DNA of 64,000 bases from Tepidisphaera sp. (GCA_050916045.1 CP051526.1:2560001-2624000); one strand, 5' to 3'. Shown: positions 26,342-39,522, counted from the first letter of the stretch. Notes: generated by a model from the letters alone, not told the origin. Numbers and translations are program-made.

Positions 26342-27871
26342 ATGGGGTTTCGTTCCCGGCCCGGCCATGCCGCTCGCCTACTCATTCCGCTGACCACCGC
26401 ACTCTGCGGTTTGGGCGGGGGGTCTCTCGCCGACATCCCGCGGTTTGACCAGGTGCCCGAGGTCTTCACGCAGTCCCCCTCCGTCTTCCGCAAGCTCTTC
26501 CGCGACGCGACCACGACCGGCACGCACGCGGTCATGATCGGCGACTCGCAGGAGACCTGCCCCGGCGGCTTCGGCCAGGAGTACGTCCCGCGGTTCAACT
26601 GGGAGCTTTGGAACCGCTACGGCAACGCACCGTCGACCCCGTGGGCGTCGATGCGGACAAGCTACGGCGACCAGCGCCAATGGGGCCAGTGGCTCCTGCG
26701 GGCAGGTTCGGCGCCGCCCAACATGACTGAGTCGCGTGTGAACCCGGAACGCCTCCCTCCGAGCTTCCAGGGCGGAAAGACCTCCACCCGCGGCGGGGTG
26801 AACATCAACAACAACCAGCAGTTCGGACAGCTGCTGATGCTCCAGCACAACTGCGCGAGCGTCTCCCCCGGCACCGGCATCGACCGCAACCTGACCTACT
26901 TCCCCGCGGGCTCGACGTGCGACCTCGAGGTGATCGGCGCGACCCATCCGTCCAGCGGCGAGGTCTTCGTCCGCATCACCTCCACCGCGACCCAAATCCC
27001 CAACTACTACGAGCCCATCCAGCGATTCCTCACGAGCTCCATGGGGCTCGAAAGCCCGGAGGAGGACTTCAAGTCGCAGCGTCTCGGCCCCTTCGTGGCT
27101 CCCGCCGGACGCTTCGTGCAAGCGGAGATCGCCGGTACCGATCCGACGAAGTTCACCGACGTGATCGCCGCGCGGTTCATCAACCGCGATTACACCTGGG
27201 GCTGGACCGTCACCTCGGTCTCCGAAGGCGGCTATACCTCCGCGACCCTCCTCAACCAGCACCAGGACTCCTTCCGCCTCATCAGCGAGATGCAGCCCGA
27301 CGTCGTGTTCATCTGCTACGGTGCCAACGACGTCACCGCCGGGTTCTCCCCCGACGACTACCGCTCCAACGTCAAGCGGCTGATCGCGCGGATCCGAGCG
27401 GCCTGCTCCAAGCCCATCCCTGTCATCCTGATGTCGGACCCGGCACGCGGCGGACGCCTGACCGATGCCGAGCGCGAGGTGATGGACCGCTACGCCGGCG
27501 CGAACTACGTCATCGCTCTCGAAGACCCCCTCGTCTGCGCTCTCAACTCCCGCCTGCTCACGCAGAACGAAGGCTGGAAGTACGAGAACCTTCACCTCTT
27601 CACGGATTACAGCATGGTCCACTATTCGCCCAACGGCGCTCGGACCAAAGCGCGCGTCGAGGTCGCCGCTCTGCTCCGGGAATTCACGGGCTGCTTCGCC
27701 GATTTCAACGCCGACGACATGATCGACCTTTTCGACTACATCGACTTCTACGCCTGCTTCGAACGACGCGACTGCCCGCCGGACACCACCGCCGACGTCA
27801 ACTTCGACGGGTTCGTCGACGTCTTCGACCTCATCGCGTTCCTCGAAGCCTTCGAGAGCAACTGCCGGTAA
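26342..27871 (+). CDS. Exported SGNH/GDSL-type hydrolase with C-terminal GC-type dockerin domain
   Basis: Signal-like N-terminus; MIGDS, YGAND and VHYS blocks; C-terminus CFADFNADDMIDLFDY..ADVNFDGFVDVFD..FESNCR. Confidence 0.8.
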   Translation: MGFRSRPGHAARLLIPLTTALCGLGGGSLADIPRFDQVPEVFTQSPSVFRKLFRDATTTGTHAVMIGDSQETCPGGFGQEYVPRFNWELWNRYGNAPSTPWASMRTSYGDQRQWGQWLLRAGSAPPNMTESRVNPERLPPSFQGGKTSTRGGVNINNNQQFGQLLMLQHNCASVSPGTGIDRNLTYFPAGSTCDLEVIGATHPSSGEVFVRITSTATQIPNYYEPIQRFLTSSMGLESPEEDFKSQRLGPFVAPAGRFVQAEIAGTDPTKFTDVIAARFINRDYTWGWTVTSVSEGGYTSATLLNQHQDSFRLISEMQPDVVFICYGANDVTAGFSPDDYRSNVKRLIARIRAACSKPIPVILMSDPARGGRLTDAEREVMDRYAGANYVIALEDPLVCALNSRLLTQNEGWKYENLHLFTDYSMVHYSPNGARTKARVEVAALLREFTGCFADFNADDMIDLFDYIDFYACFERRDCPPDTTADVNFDGFVDVFDLIAFLEAFESNCR

Positions 27872-27893
27872 CGAGCCCGGCGTACCGTCGGTC

Positions 27894-29030
27894 ATGCCGC
27901 CGCGCATCCTCATCCTCACCGCCGCCGTCGGAGCCGGACACGTCCGCGCCGCCGAAGCCGTCGAGCTCGCGCTCCGCGCCCGCGATCCATCCGCACACAT
28001 CGAACGCCACGACGTCATGGCGCTCACCAACGCCGTCTTCCGACGCGTCTACGGCAAAGCCTACCTCGACCTCGTCAGCCGCGCACCCCACCTCGTCGGC
28101 ATGATGTACGACCTCTCCGACTCGCCGCAAGCCACGCGCGGCGTCCAGCACAAACTCCGCCACCTCGTCCAGCAGCGAAACCTCGCCCGCGTCGTCGCCA
28201 AAATCGACGAAGGCTGGGACATCGTCGTCCACACCCACTTCCTCGCCCCAGACCTCATGGCCTCCATGGCTCGCAAACGCCGCAAGCCCGCCGGACCGCC
28301 GATGGTCACCGTCGTCACCGACTTCGAAGCTCACGGCTTCTGGGTCAACCCGCCGTGCGCACGGTACTTCGTCGCCACCGCCGAAGCCGCTCTCGCCCTC
28401 TCGGCCTGGGGCGTCCCCGCCGACACCATCCAGGAAACCGGCATCCCCATCCACCCCGTCTTCTCCTCGCCCCTCTCCGCACAGGACGCACGGACCGCGC
28501 AGAAGCTCGACCCGGGCACCCCCGTCATCCTCCTCCTCAGCGGAGGCTTCGGCCTGGGCCCCGTCGAGAAAATCTACGCCGCCCTCGCCGCGATCGAACG
28601 CCCCATCCAGCTCATCGCCGTCTGCGGAAAGAACGACAAGCTCAAAGCCAAGCTCGAAGCCATCAAGCCCCCGCCCCGACACCGCACCACCATCCTCGGC
28701 TTCACCACCGAGATGGACCGCTGGCTCGCCGCCGCCGACCTCGTCGTCACCAAGCCCGGCGGCCTCACCACCAGCGAGTGTCTCGCACGCGGTGCCGCCA
28801 TGGTCATCATGAACCCCATCCCGGGGCAGGAAAGCCGCAACAGCGATTGGCTCCTCGAACGCGGTGCCGCCGTCAAGGTCAATTCCCTCGCCACGCTCGG
28901 ATGGAAAGTCAGCCGCCTTCTCGACGACCCCGCGCGACTCGCGGGTCTCAAGCAGACCGCCCGCTCCCTCGGCCGGCCGAACGCCGCCTTCGACATCGCC
29001 GACCGCGTGCTCGCGATGATCGCCCGCTGA
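27894..29030 (+). CDS. MGDG-synthase/UgtP-like glycosyltransferase (GT28-like)
   Basis: Motifs GAGHVRAA, HTHFL, VVTDF, TGIPI, TKPGGLTTSE and PIPGQESRN. Confidence 0.88.
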   Translation: MPPRILILTAAVGAGHVRAAEAVELALRARDPSAHIERHDVMALTNAVFRRVYGKAYLDLVSRAPHLVGMMYDLSDSPQATRGVQHKLRHLVQQRNLARVVAKIDEGWDIVVHTHFLAPDLMASMARKRRKPAGPPMVTVVTDFEAHGFWVNPPCARYFVATAEAALALSAWGVPADTIQETGIPIHPVFSSPLSAQDARTAQKLDPGTPVILLLSGGFGLGPVEKIYAALAAIERPIQLIAVCGKNDKLKAKLEAIKPPPRHRTTILGFTTEMDRWLAAADLVVTKPGGLTTSECLARGAAMVIMNPIPGQESRNSDWLLERGAAVKVNSLATLGWKVSRLLDDPARLAGLKQTARSLGRPNAAFDIADRVLAMIAR

Positions 29031-29079
29031 ATCCGGTGCGATAACCGCCCGAGCCCCGTCCACCCGTCAATCTGGGCAT

Positions 29080-29300
29080 GCTGTGCGGCCTCCCTCGCGG
29101 ACCGCGCCGACTCTCGGCTGGCATTTTCGCCCCCTTATGGCACCTTGAAAGCGTCGTCACCGGCTCAGCGAAGCCTGCGCCCTTCGCTCCCCTCCCGCGC
29201 CTCGGCGGCGAGTCATGCCGGAGAGAGAGACCCCCGCCCGAGGTGTGGCGGGGTGGTCACCGGCCCCGGGCGGGTTTCCGCACGCCCGGGGCTTTCTCTT
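29080..29300 (+). ncRNA. Candidate structured RNA (riboswitch-like leader or 6S-like rod) upstream of gcvT
   Basis: Nested complementary segments followed by a terminator hairpin; no canonical family recognised. Confidence 0.35.
29263..29300 (+). terminator. Rho-independent terminator-like hairpin upstream of gcvT
   Basis: GCCCCGGGCG-loop-CGCCCGGGGC followed by TTTCTCTT. Confidence 0.65.
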
Positions 29301-29373
29301 GCGCAAACCTCCACGCGGGGTGGGCCCCGGATCGCCCGGATACACTGCGGTCCCACCCCACAGGAGGTCCGCT

Positions 29374-30495
29374 TTGCTCCGCACCCCACTGCATTCGTTC
29401 CACCTCGATCGCAAAGGCCACATGGTCGAGTTCGCCGGCTGGGACATGCCCCTTTACTACTCCGGCATCACCGAAGAACACAAGCACTGCCGCACCTCCG
29501 GCGCCCTCTTCGACGTCTCCCACATGGGACGCGTCACCTTCAAGGGCCGCCACGCCAAAAAGCTCCTCGAAACCGTCTGCACCCGCCGCATCGGCGACAT
29601 GACCCCCGGTCAGTGCCGTTACAGCCTCGTCTGCAACGAGCAGGGCGGCGTCCACGACGACGTCATCGTCTACAAAAACGATGAAGACGACTTCCTCGTC
29701 GTCGTCAACGCCAGCAACCGCGCCAAGCTCCTCCCCCACTTCGAAGCCGTCCGCACCAAGCACGACTTCTCCGTCAAGATCGACGACCAGACCGAAGCCA
29801 CCGCCATGATCGCCCTCCAGGGCCCCAAGATCATGCCCCTGGTCGCCACCATCGCTTCCGAGATCGCCTCCCTCAAACGCTACCGCTTCGCCGTCAAGGA
29901 CTTCGTCATCGCTTCCGCCACCGTCAGCCGCACCGGCTACACCGGCGAGGACGGCGTCGAGATCATCCTCCCCGCCGGCATGGTCAGCATGGCTCTCTCC
30001 GCCCTCGGCAAGTACATGGACGCCTCCAACCCCGAAGCCGTCATCAAGCCCGCCGGACTCGGCTGCCGCGACACCCTCCGCATCGAAGCCGGCATGCCCC
30101 TCTACGGCCATGAGCTCGGCGAGGACATCAACGCCCTCTCCTGCGGCGTCGACTTCGCCATCGCCCTCGACAAGGACCAGACCGAAGGCGTCGAGTGCAT
30201 CGGCCTCCCCGCCCTCAAGAAAACCGCCGCTTCCGGCCCCGACCGCAAGCTCGTCGGCCTCGAGATCGACGGCCGTCGCGCCGCCCGCCAGGGCATGGCC
30301 GTCATGTCCAACGGCAGGAACGTCGGCACCGTCACCTCCGGCTGCCTGTCGCCGACCCTGAACAAGTCGATCGCGATGGCGTTCGTTGAGCGCGGCCTCG
30401 CAACCCCCGCCATGCCCCTCTCCGTCGACACCGGCAAGGGCGCGACGCTCGAAGGCAAGGTCGTCCCCCTCCCGTTCTACAAGATGCCCAAGTGA
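29374..30495 (+). CDS. gcvT: Glycine cleavage system aminomethyltransferase T
   Basis: Motifs RTPL, FAGWDMP, FDVSHMG, SRTGYTGEDG and RDTLRIEAG; TTG start follows GGAGG. Confidence 0.94.
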   Translation: MLRTPLHSFHLDRKGHMVEFAGWDMPLYYSGITEEHKHCRTSGALFDVSHMGRVTFKGRHAKKLLETVCTRRIGDMTPGQCRYSLVCNEQGGVHDDVIVYKNDEDDFLVVVNASNRAKLLPHFEAVRTKHDFSVKIDDQTEATAMIALQGPKIMPLVATIASEIASLKRYRFAVKDFVIASATVSRTGYTGEDGVEIILPAGMVSMALSALGKYMDASNPEAVIKPAGLGCRDTLRIEAGMPLYGHELGEDINALSCGVDFAIALDKDQTEGVECIGLPALKKTAASGPDRKLVGLEIDGRRAARQGMAVMSNGRNVGTVTSGCLSPTLNKSIAMAFVERGLATPAMPLSVDTGKGATLEGKVVPLPFYKMPK

Positions 30496-32697
<2,202 letters not shown>

Positions 32698-32711
32698 TGC
32701 CGAGTGCCTTC

Positions 32712-34028
32712 CTACTCCCACCTCAGCCTCTTCACCCCAATCACAAACGCCACCGCTCCGACGCCAAGCAAGATCCCGCACGGCAGCAGCATGTCCGCCG
32801 CAGTGAACCCGCGCCACATCCCGCCCTCCACCGCCACGATCGCCCACTTGAACGGGCTCACGCTTGAAAGCGTCTCCAGGAACGGCGGCATGAACGCGAG
32901 CGGGATCGTCCCGCCGCCGATCATCGCCAGAATCATCGGCACCGCCCGAGCGATCCCCGCCGCTCCCTCCTCCGAATCCGCGAACGGCGCAAGCCCCATC
33001 GCGATCCCCACAAACCCCAGCGACGAGCAGACCACCGCGATGCTCAGCATCGGCCACGACCCGATCTGCGACCCCATCCCGATCGCAATCCCAATCAAAA
33101 GCACCTGCACCAGCATGCACGTCACGAAGCACGCCATCGCTTTCCCCGCCAAGATCTGCGACCGCGTCAGCGGGCTCGTCGCCAGCCGGATCAGCGTCCC
33201 CCGCCGCCGCTCCGCCGCGATCGACGCCGCGAACCCCACCACCGACCCCATGAGCCCCCACGCAATCCCCTGCGGGAACGAATAGTCCGACGAGGTCCGC
33301 CCCTTCCCCGTCCGATCAATCTCAAGATCCCTCACCTTCACATCCACCGGGTTGAACCCAGCACCGCCGCCGCCGCTTACGCCGCCCGCCGCCGCGTCCC
33401 CCGCTCCCGCGTTGATCTTCTCAAGCTCGCCCGAAAGCGCATCCGCCCCGTCGAAGAACTTCAGGAACGCTTCCCGCCGCTCACCCGCTTCCGGAGCGAT
33501 CGTCCCAAGCTGTTCCCGCGACCGCGTCAGCATCGCCGCCATCTTCGACCGATCCGTGAACGCCGACGACATCTGCCGGAACGCAAGCTCATTCAGCTTC
33601 CCCGTCAAGAGCCCTGCTTCCGCGCTCCGCGACGGATCCACGTACGCCTCAAGCGGGATCTTGCCGCCGGTGAAAAGCCCGTTCGTCCCCGCTTCAAAAC
33701 CCTCGGGCACCACGATCAGCGCCGTCACGCTCCCCTTCTGCACCAGCATCCGCCCCTCGTCAAGCGTCGCCGCCCGCCGCGCCTCAAGCGACGAATCCGC
33801 TTCCAGATCCCGCACGAGCTGCGCCGATGGCGCCGTCCCGTCCAGATCCAGCACCGCGACCTTCATCTTCCCCCCGCCCTTGGCCCCGCCAAAGACGAAC
33901 GTGAAGAAGATCGCAAACAGCACCGGGAACACAAACGTGAAGAACGCCGCCGCTTTGTCGCGGAACAAAAGCCTCAGATCATTCATCGCAATCGCGAGCA
34001 TCTTCCAATCCCTTCGCGAATCCGCCAA
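32712..34028 (-). CDS. ABC-2 type exporter permease
   Basis: N-terminal TM, large extracytoplasmic loop, ERRRGTLIRL motif and 5 C-terminal TMs; start may be 34001. Confidence 0.88.
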   Translation of the reverse strand: MADSRRDWKMLAIAMNDLRLLFRDKAAAFFTFVFPVLFAIFFTFVFGGAKGGGKMKVAVLDLDGTAPSAQLVRDLEADSSLEARRAATLDEGRMLVQKGSVTALIVVPEGFEAGTNGLFTGGKIPLEAYVDPSRSAEAGLLTGKLNELAFRQMSSAFTDRSKMAAMLTRSREQLGTIAPEAGERREAFLKFFDGADALSGELEKINAGAGDAAAGGVSGGGGAGFNPVDVKVRDLEIDRTGKGRTSSDYSFPQGIAWGLMGSVVGFAASIAAERRRGTLIRLATSPLTRSQILAGKAMACFVTCMLVQVLLIGIAIGMGSQIGSWPMLSIAVVCSSLGFVGIAMGLAPFADSEEGAAGIARAVPMILAMIGGGTIPLAFMPPFLETLSSVSPFKWAIVAVEGGMWRGFTAADMLLPCGILLGVGAVAFVIGVKRLRWE

Positions 34029-34889
34029 CTAGTCCCTCAGCGTCCGCCCCGTCAGCGACAGGAACACCGTCTCCAGGTCCGGCCGCTCGATCGCGACCCC
34101 GACCACTCCCTCCCTGCCAAGCACGCTCCGAAGCTCCCCCACCGGGTCCGCCGTCCGCCGCACCTCATCCGCTCCGCTCCCGCGTTTGATGGTCACGATG
34201 GACTCGCCCCCGAACCGCCCGACCAGCTCATCCACCGTCCCCATCGCGAGGATCTTCCCCTTGTCGATGATCGCGACCCGCGAGCAGAGCTTCTGGGCTT
34301 CTTCCATGTAGTGCGTCGTGTACACCACCGTCTTCCCGCCCGCCGCGAGCTTCTGCACCATCTCGAGGATGTTGTTGCGGCTCTGCGGATCGACCCCCGC
34401 CGTCGGCTCATCGAGCAGGATCACCTCCGGATCATGCACGATCGCCGCCGCGAGATTCAGCCGCCGCTTCATCCCGCCCGAGTACGTCCGCGCCCGATCC
34501 TGTTGCCGATCGCTCAGCCCCACCGCTTCCAAGCACGCATCGACGCGAGCTTTCAGCCCCGCGCCACCCAAGCCGAACAGCTTGCCGAAAAGCTCAAGGT
34601 TCTCCCGCCCCGTCAGATCGTCATAGATCGCCAGGCTCTGCGTCGCCACCCCAAGCCGCCGCCGCACCTGGGCTTCGGTCGGCTTCCCACGCTTCCCATC
34701 CGCCGTCTCGATCACCACCTCGCCGGAATCCGGCGTCAGCACCCCCATCACCATCGCGATCGTCGTGCTCTTCCCCGCCCCGTTGGGCCCCAAAAGCCCG
34801 AAGACCTCCCCCTTCCGAACCTGAAGCGATACCCCATCGACCGCGCGATTGGCCCCAAACGACTTCACAAGATTGGTGATCGTCAGCAC
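34029..34889 (-). CDS. ABC transporter ATP-binding protein
   Basis: Walker A GPNGAGKST, signature YSGGMKRR, Walker B LLDEPT, TTHY; start trimmed to GTG 34889 because the ORF upstream runs through repeats. Confidence 0.92.
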   Translation of the reverse strand: MLTITNLVKSFGANRAVDGVSLQVRKGEVFGLLGPNGAGKSTTIAMVMGVLTPDSGEVVIETADGKRGKPTEAQVRRRLGVATQSLAIYDDLTGRENLELFGKLFGLGGAGLKARVDACLEAVGLSDRQQDRARTYSGGMKRRLNLAAAIVHDPEVILLDEPTAGVDPQSRNNILEMVQKLAAGGKTVVYTTHYMEEAQKLCSRVAIIDKGKILAMGTVDELVGRFGGESIVTIKRGSGADEVRRTADPVGELRSVLGREGVVGVAIERPDLETVFLSLTGRTLRD

Positions 34890-34929
34890 AGCGTCAGCAT
34901 ACTTGGGAAACGGCTCCACCGCCTTCCTG

Positions 34930-34983
34930 CCTCTCCCCGCATCGCTTCGGCTCGGGGAGAGGTGCCCGAACGGCGGGGAGGGG
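34930..34983. repeat. Intergenic palindromic repeat, same family as 44405..44458
   Basis: CCTCTCCCCG-loop-CGGGGAGAGG-TGCC..GGCGG..GAGGGG. Confidence 0.6.
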
Positions 34984-35093
34984 TTCTTCCTTGGTCGCAC
35001 GGCTTCAAGGACCCGCACCATCGCCCCGAGGCCCACGCACACCCGGCCATCCCTCTCCCTTCTCCCCCTCCAGCTCGCCACCGCCCCCGCCGC

Positions 35094-35283
35094 GACGCGG
35101 AACATCATTTCCCCCCTCGCCGGAAACGATTGCCGCGAGGCCGCCAACTCTTTTCCCGTCACCGGAAACTCTTTTCCGCTCACCGAAAACGATTGCCGTG
35201 ACGCGGAACATCGTTTCCCCCTCGCCGGAAACGATTGCCGTGAGGCCGCCAGCTCCTTTCCCGTCACCGGAAACGATTGCCGC
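35094..35283. repeat. Degenerate 21-bp tandem array (9 units) with higher-order duplication
   Basis: Units such as CTCGCCGGAAACGATTGCCGY, GAGGCCGCCARCTCYTTTCCC and GTCACCGGAAAC..; units 1-4 recur as units 6-9. Confidence 0.85.
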
Positions 35284-35349
35284 GAAGGGGGAAAGAGCTG
35301 GCGGCGTCCAAATAACCGCCCCCGCACTCCCTCCTCCTACCCTCCTCCC

Positions 35350-36231
35350 ATGCCTGAAACGCACGCACGACTCTGCACCGCCGGTTCCGTTTCCATTGGG
35401 GAGGGCAAGCCCCTCGCCATCATCGCCGGCCCCTGCGTTCTCGAGTCCCTCGACCACGCCCTCTCCATCGGCAAGACCGTCAAAGCCCTCTGCGACAAGC
35501 TCGCCCTCCCCTACATCTTCAAAGCCAGCTTCGACAAAGCCAACCGCTCCTCCATCAAGTCCCCCCGCGGCCCCGGCCTCGAACAAGGCCTCGCCTGGCT
35601 CGCCGCCATCAAGAAGGAACTCGGCGTCCCCGCCACCACCGACATCCACGACCCCTCCCAAGCCGAGCCCGCCGCCCGCGTCGTCGACATCCTCCAGATC
35701 CCCGCGTTCCTCTGCCGCCAGACCGACCTCCTCATGGCCGCCGGTGAAGCCGCCGCCAAACACAACCGCGCCGTCAACGTCAAGAAGGGCCAGTTCATGG
35801 CCCCCGCCGAGATGAAGGGCGCCGTCAAAAAGCTCGCCGAAGCCGGCTGCTCCAACACCATGCTCACTGACCGCGGCACCTTCTTCGGCTACCACCGGCT
35901 CGTCAACGACTTCGCGGGCCTGGGCGACCTGATGGAACTCTCGACCGACGGCGGCCCCCCATCCCCGCCCCCCGTCTGCTTCGACGTCACCCACTCAACA
36001 CAGTTCCCCGGGGCCGAGGGTGAACGCACCGGCGGCCAGCCGCACCGCGCCCCGCTCCTCGCCCGCGCCGCCACCGCCGCCGGCGTCCACTGCCTCTTCA
36101 TCGAGTGCCACCCCGAGCCCGCGAAAGCCTTCTCCGACGCCGCCACCGTCCAGCCGCTCGCCGCGATGCCCGACCTCCTCGCAAGCGTCGCCGCCATCCG
36201 CGCCGCACTCTCCCGGGGTGCCCACGCGTGA
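35350..36231 (+). CDS. kdsA: KDO-8-phosphate synthase
   Basis: Motifs IAGPCVLES, FKASFDKANRSS, QIPAFLCRQT, VKKGQF, DVTHS and ECHPEP..SDA. Confidence 0.95.
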   Translation: MPETHARLCTAGSVSIGEGKPLAIIAGPCVLESLDHALSIGKTVKALCDKLALPYIFKASFDKANRSSIKSPRGPGLEQGLAWLAAIKKELGVPATTDIHDPSQAEPAARVVDILQIPAFLCRQTDLLMAAGEAAAKHNRAVNVKKGQFMAPAEMKGAVKKLAEAGCSNTMLTDRGTFFGYHRLVNDFAGLGDLMELSTDGGPPSPPPVCFDVTHSTQFPGAEGERTGGQPHRAPLLARAATAAGVHCLFIECHPEPAKAFSDAATVQPLAAMPDLLASVAAIRAALSRGAHA

Positions 36232-36983
36232 TCACGCCGCTCCTCCCAGAAGCCTGGCTCTCCGCCGCCCACCTGCTCGCCCAGACGACGCGCAACAACA
36301 GCGGCTCACCACCTCCCTACATCTTCTTCATCATCGGCGGCTTCGTCCTCCTCGTGATCCTCGGAAGCGTCTTCAGCAAGCGGGCCGACCTCAAACGCCG
36401 CGCTGCCGCCCGCGCCGCCCTCGAAAATCGCGGACTCACCTTCCACGAACTCGGAGCACCGGCCCAAACGCCGCATGAGCTCGCCCTCGCCCCCATCGCC
36501 GCCCTCGCCACCCGCCCGGAAAAGACCCGCTGGTCCGCGAGCGGCGAGATCTCCGGCGTCGAGGTCATGGCGATCGAACACCAGTACAGCACCGGCTCGG
36601 GCAAAAACCGCCAGGTCCACAACCACTCCGTCGTCTCGATCCCCGTCCCGGAAACCTGGCCCAAGCTCGACATCTACGCGGAGAATCTCTTCCACCGCAT
36701 CGGCGAACTCTTCGGCTCCAAAGACTTCAAGGTCGAAGACGAAGCCTTCAACAAGCGATTCCGCGTCAAAGGCGTCAGCGAAGACTTCGCCCTCCTGTTC
36801 CTGACGCCCGAAATCCAGCGACTCATGCTCTCCTGGACCAAAGGCACCACCCTCGCCATCGCGAGCGGCCGCCTGTGCATCAGCCGAAACAGCCACCTCT
36901 CTGGCGACCAGTGGCCCACGCTCCTCGACGAAGCCGTCGCCCTCCGAAGCGCCCTGCCAAGCGAACTCGACGCCTACGTCTGA
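36228..36983 (+). CDS. Hypothetical single-TM protein
   Basis: GTG start overlaps the kdsA stop (GTGA); TM helix; YSTGSGKN and FNKRFRV segments. Confidence 0.7.
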   Translation: MITPLLPEAWLSAAHLLAQTTRNNSGSPPPYIFFIIGGFVLLVILGSVFSKRADLKRRAAARAALENRGLTFHELGAPAQTPHELALAPIAALATRPEKTRWSASGEISGVEVMAIEHQYSTGSGKNRQVHNHSVVSIPVPETWPKLDIYAENLFHRIGELFGSKDFKVEDEAFNKRFRVKGVSEDFALLFLTPEIQRLMLSWTKGTTLAIASGRLCISRNSHLSGDQWPTLLDEAVALRSALPSELDAYV

Positions 36984-38260
36984 TCAGCACCCGCCCTCGA
37001 ACGCCTCGACAAAGTCGAGATAGTCGAACAGGTCGACGAACGCATCCCCGTTCACATCCGCCGCCATGCTCCCCTCTTCGAACGCCGTCACGAAATCCAG
37101 GTAGTCGAAGAAGTCGATGAACCCGCTGCCGTCAAAGTCCCCGACGCACCGCGCCGCCCACCGCGCGATCCGCGCCGAAGGGATCCCGTCCGCCTGCGTA
37201 AAGCTCCCGCCCGCCATCAGCGACCCGTTGTACACCGCAAGCGTGGGAACACTCCCGTTCAGCCCGCCCGCAAGCGGTGCCCACGCTTGTCCATCCCACG
37301 ACGCGATGCTCGCTGCCGGCAGCCCCCCCGCCTCCTGAAACAGGCCGCTCACGTAAAGCTTGCCGCCATAACTCGCAAACCCGCTCGCCGAAACGCCAAA
37401 AAGCCCGGACCCAAGCGGGTGCCACGCGCCGTCGTACCGCGCCACATCCGCCGCCGCGATCCCCGCGATCTCGTCAAAGTCCCCACCCGCGTAAAGCTGC
37501 CCATCGATCGACGCAAGGCCGTCGATCGTGTCCAGGAACCCAAGCCCCGCTCCCGCGATCCCCACCCAGCCGTTCTGATATGCGGCCAACCCCCTCGCCG
37601 CAAGCGGCCCCGCCTGATCAAACTCGCCCCCCACCACAAGCATCCCGCCGTGCGACACCAGCGCGTTCACGAAATCGTCCGTCCCCCCGCCCGCAAGCCC
37701 CGCCCACTGAACACCGTCCCAGCTCGCGATGTTCGCCGCCGGCACACACCCCGCCGTGTCAAAACTCCCCGCGACATAGAGCTTGTCCTCGTGCACCGCC
37801 ATCGCCCGCACCTGCGAGAACCCTCCCGCAATACCGAAGCACTGCCCCGTCCCCACCGGGTTCCACTGCACCCCGTCCCACCGCGCCACACCATTGACCC
37901 GCGTCCCGCCCGCTTGCCCCACGTTCCGAAAGAACCCGCCCGCATAAAGCTCACCCCGATACACCGCCGCGCAGAACGCCGCATTCGCGAACCCGCCGCC
38001 GCCGAACGCCCGCCCGTCCCAAGCCGCCGCCACGACGACCCGTTCCACGCCGCGACAAAGTTCGCCCGAACCCCGCCGGCCTCGAAAAAGTTCCCCACCG
38101 CGACCAACTCATCCCCAAACGCCACAAGCTGCAGCACCGGCCCATTCATCCCGCTCTGGCCTTCCCCAAACCCCGCTTTCCATTCCAAAGGTTGCGCAAA
38201 GACCGCGCCGCAGATCCAAAACGCACCCCAAGCCGCCGCATGCCCGTTTCGCCCCTTCAT
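36984..38260 (-). pseudogene. Exported beta-propeller protein with GC-type dockerin, frameshifted near 38010 (pseudogene or sequence error)
   Basis: Signal peptide and first repeat (ELVAVGNF..AAWNGSSW) lie in one frame; the remaining LYAGGxF..ARWDG repeats and the dockerin lie in another; ATG 38260 follows GGAGG. Confidence 0.8.
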
Positions 38261-38367
38261 AGCCGTCCCTCCTGTACTCGGACCCTCCGAGCATACCTCG
38301 CCCGGTTCCAAACCCCAACCCCATCTTTCACTGGCCCCTCCCACCCCGGACCGATACCCTCACACCT

Positions 38368-39348
<981 letters not shown>

Positions 39349-39352
39349 CTAG

Positions 39353-39371
39353 CACGGGCATCCTGCCCGTG
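39353..39371. repeat. REP-like hairpin
   Basis: (CTAG)CACGGGCA-TCC-TGCCCGTG. Confidence 0.55.
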
Positions 39372-39389
39372 ATCTCATTCCGCTTCTCC

Positions 39390-39413
39390 GTGGCACCGCT
39401 CTCCAGAGCGGTG
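39390..39413 (+). repeat. REP-like 24-bp hairpin, copy 1
   Basis: GTGGCACCGCTCTCCAGAGCGGTG, identical to 40723..40746. Confidence 0.85.
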
Positions 39414-39522
39414 CCTTTTCTTTGATCCCCCCAATCCTCACAACCCTACCCCATCCTCCAGGATTCCCCGCAATCTCCGGGCACGCCAAGCGTTCTTCCC
39501 GCACACTTCGTGGGAGACCGCT

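Noticed and set aside
29024..29075. c-di-AMP (ydaO) riboswitch suggested by GCTGAATCC..CCCGAGCCC
   Set aside because: The central G-rich conserved blocks are absent and the match overlaps a stop codon; probably chance
29215..29300. Canonical glycine riboswitch upstream of gcvT
   Set aside because: Only GGAGAGA and a P2-like stem are present; the conserved GAAGG and CTCAGG elements are missing, so it is kept only as an unclassified candidate
35094..35283. Possible CRISPR array
   Set aside because: Units are contiguous and degenerate with no unique spacers, and no cas gene is in the window
34890..35349. Long N-terminal extensions of the ABC ATPase and KdsA ORFs (SRQSFP / GNDCRE repeats)
   Set aside because: Read-through of the 21-bp array; both genes have better starts next to -10 boxes (34889 and 35350)
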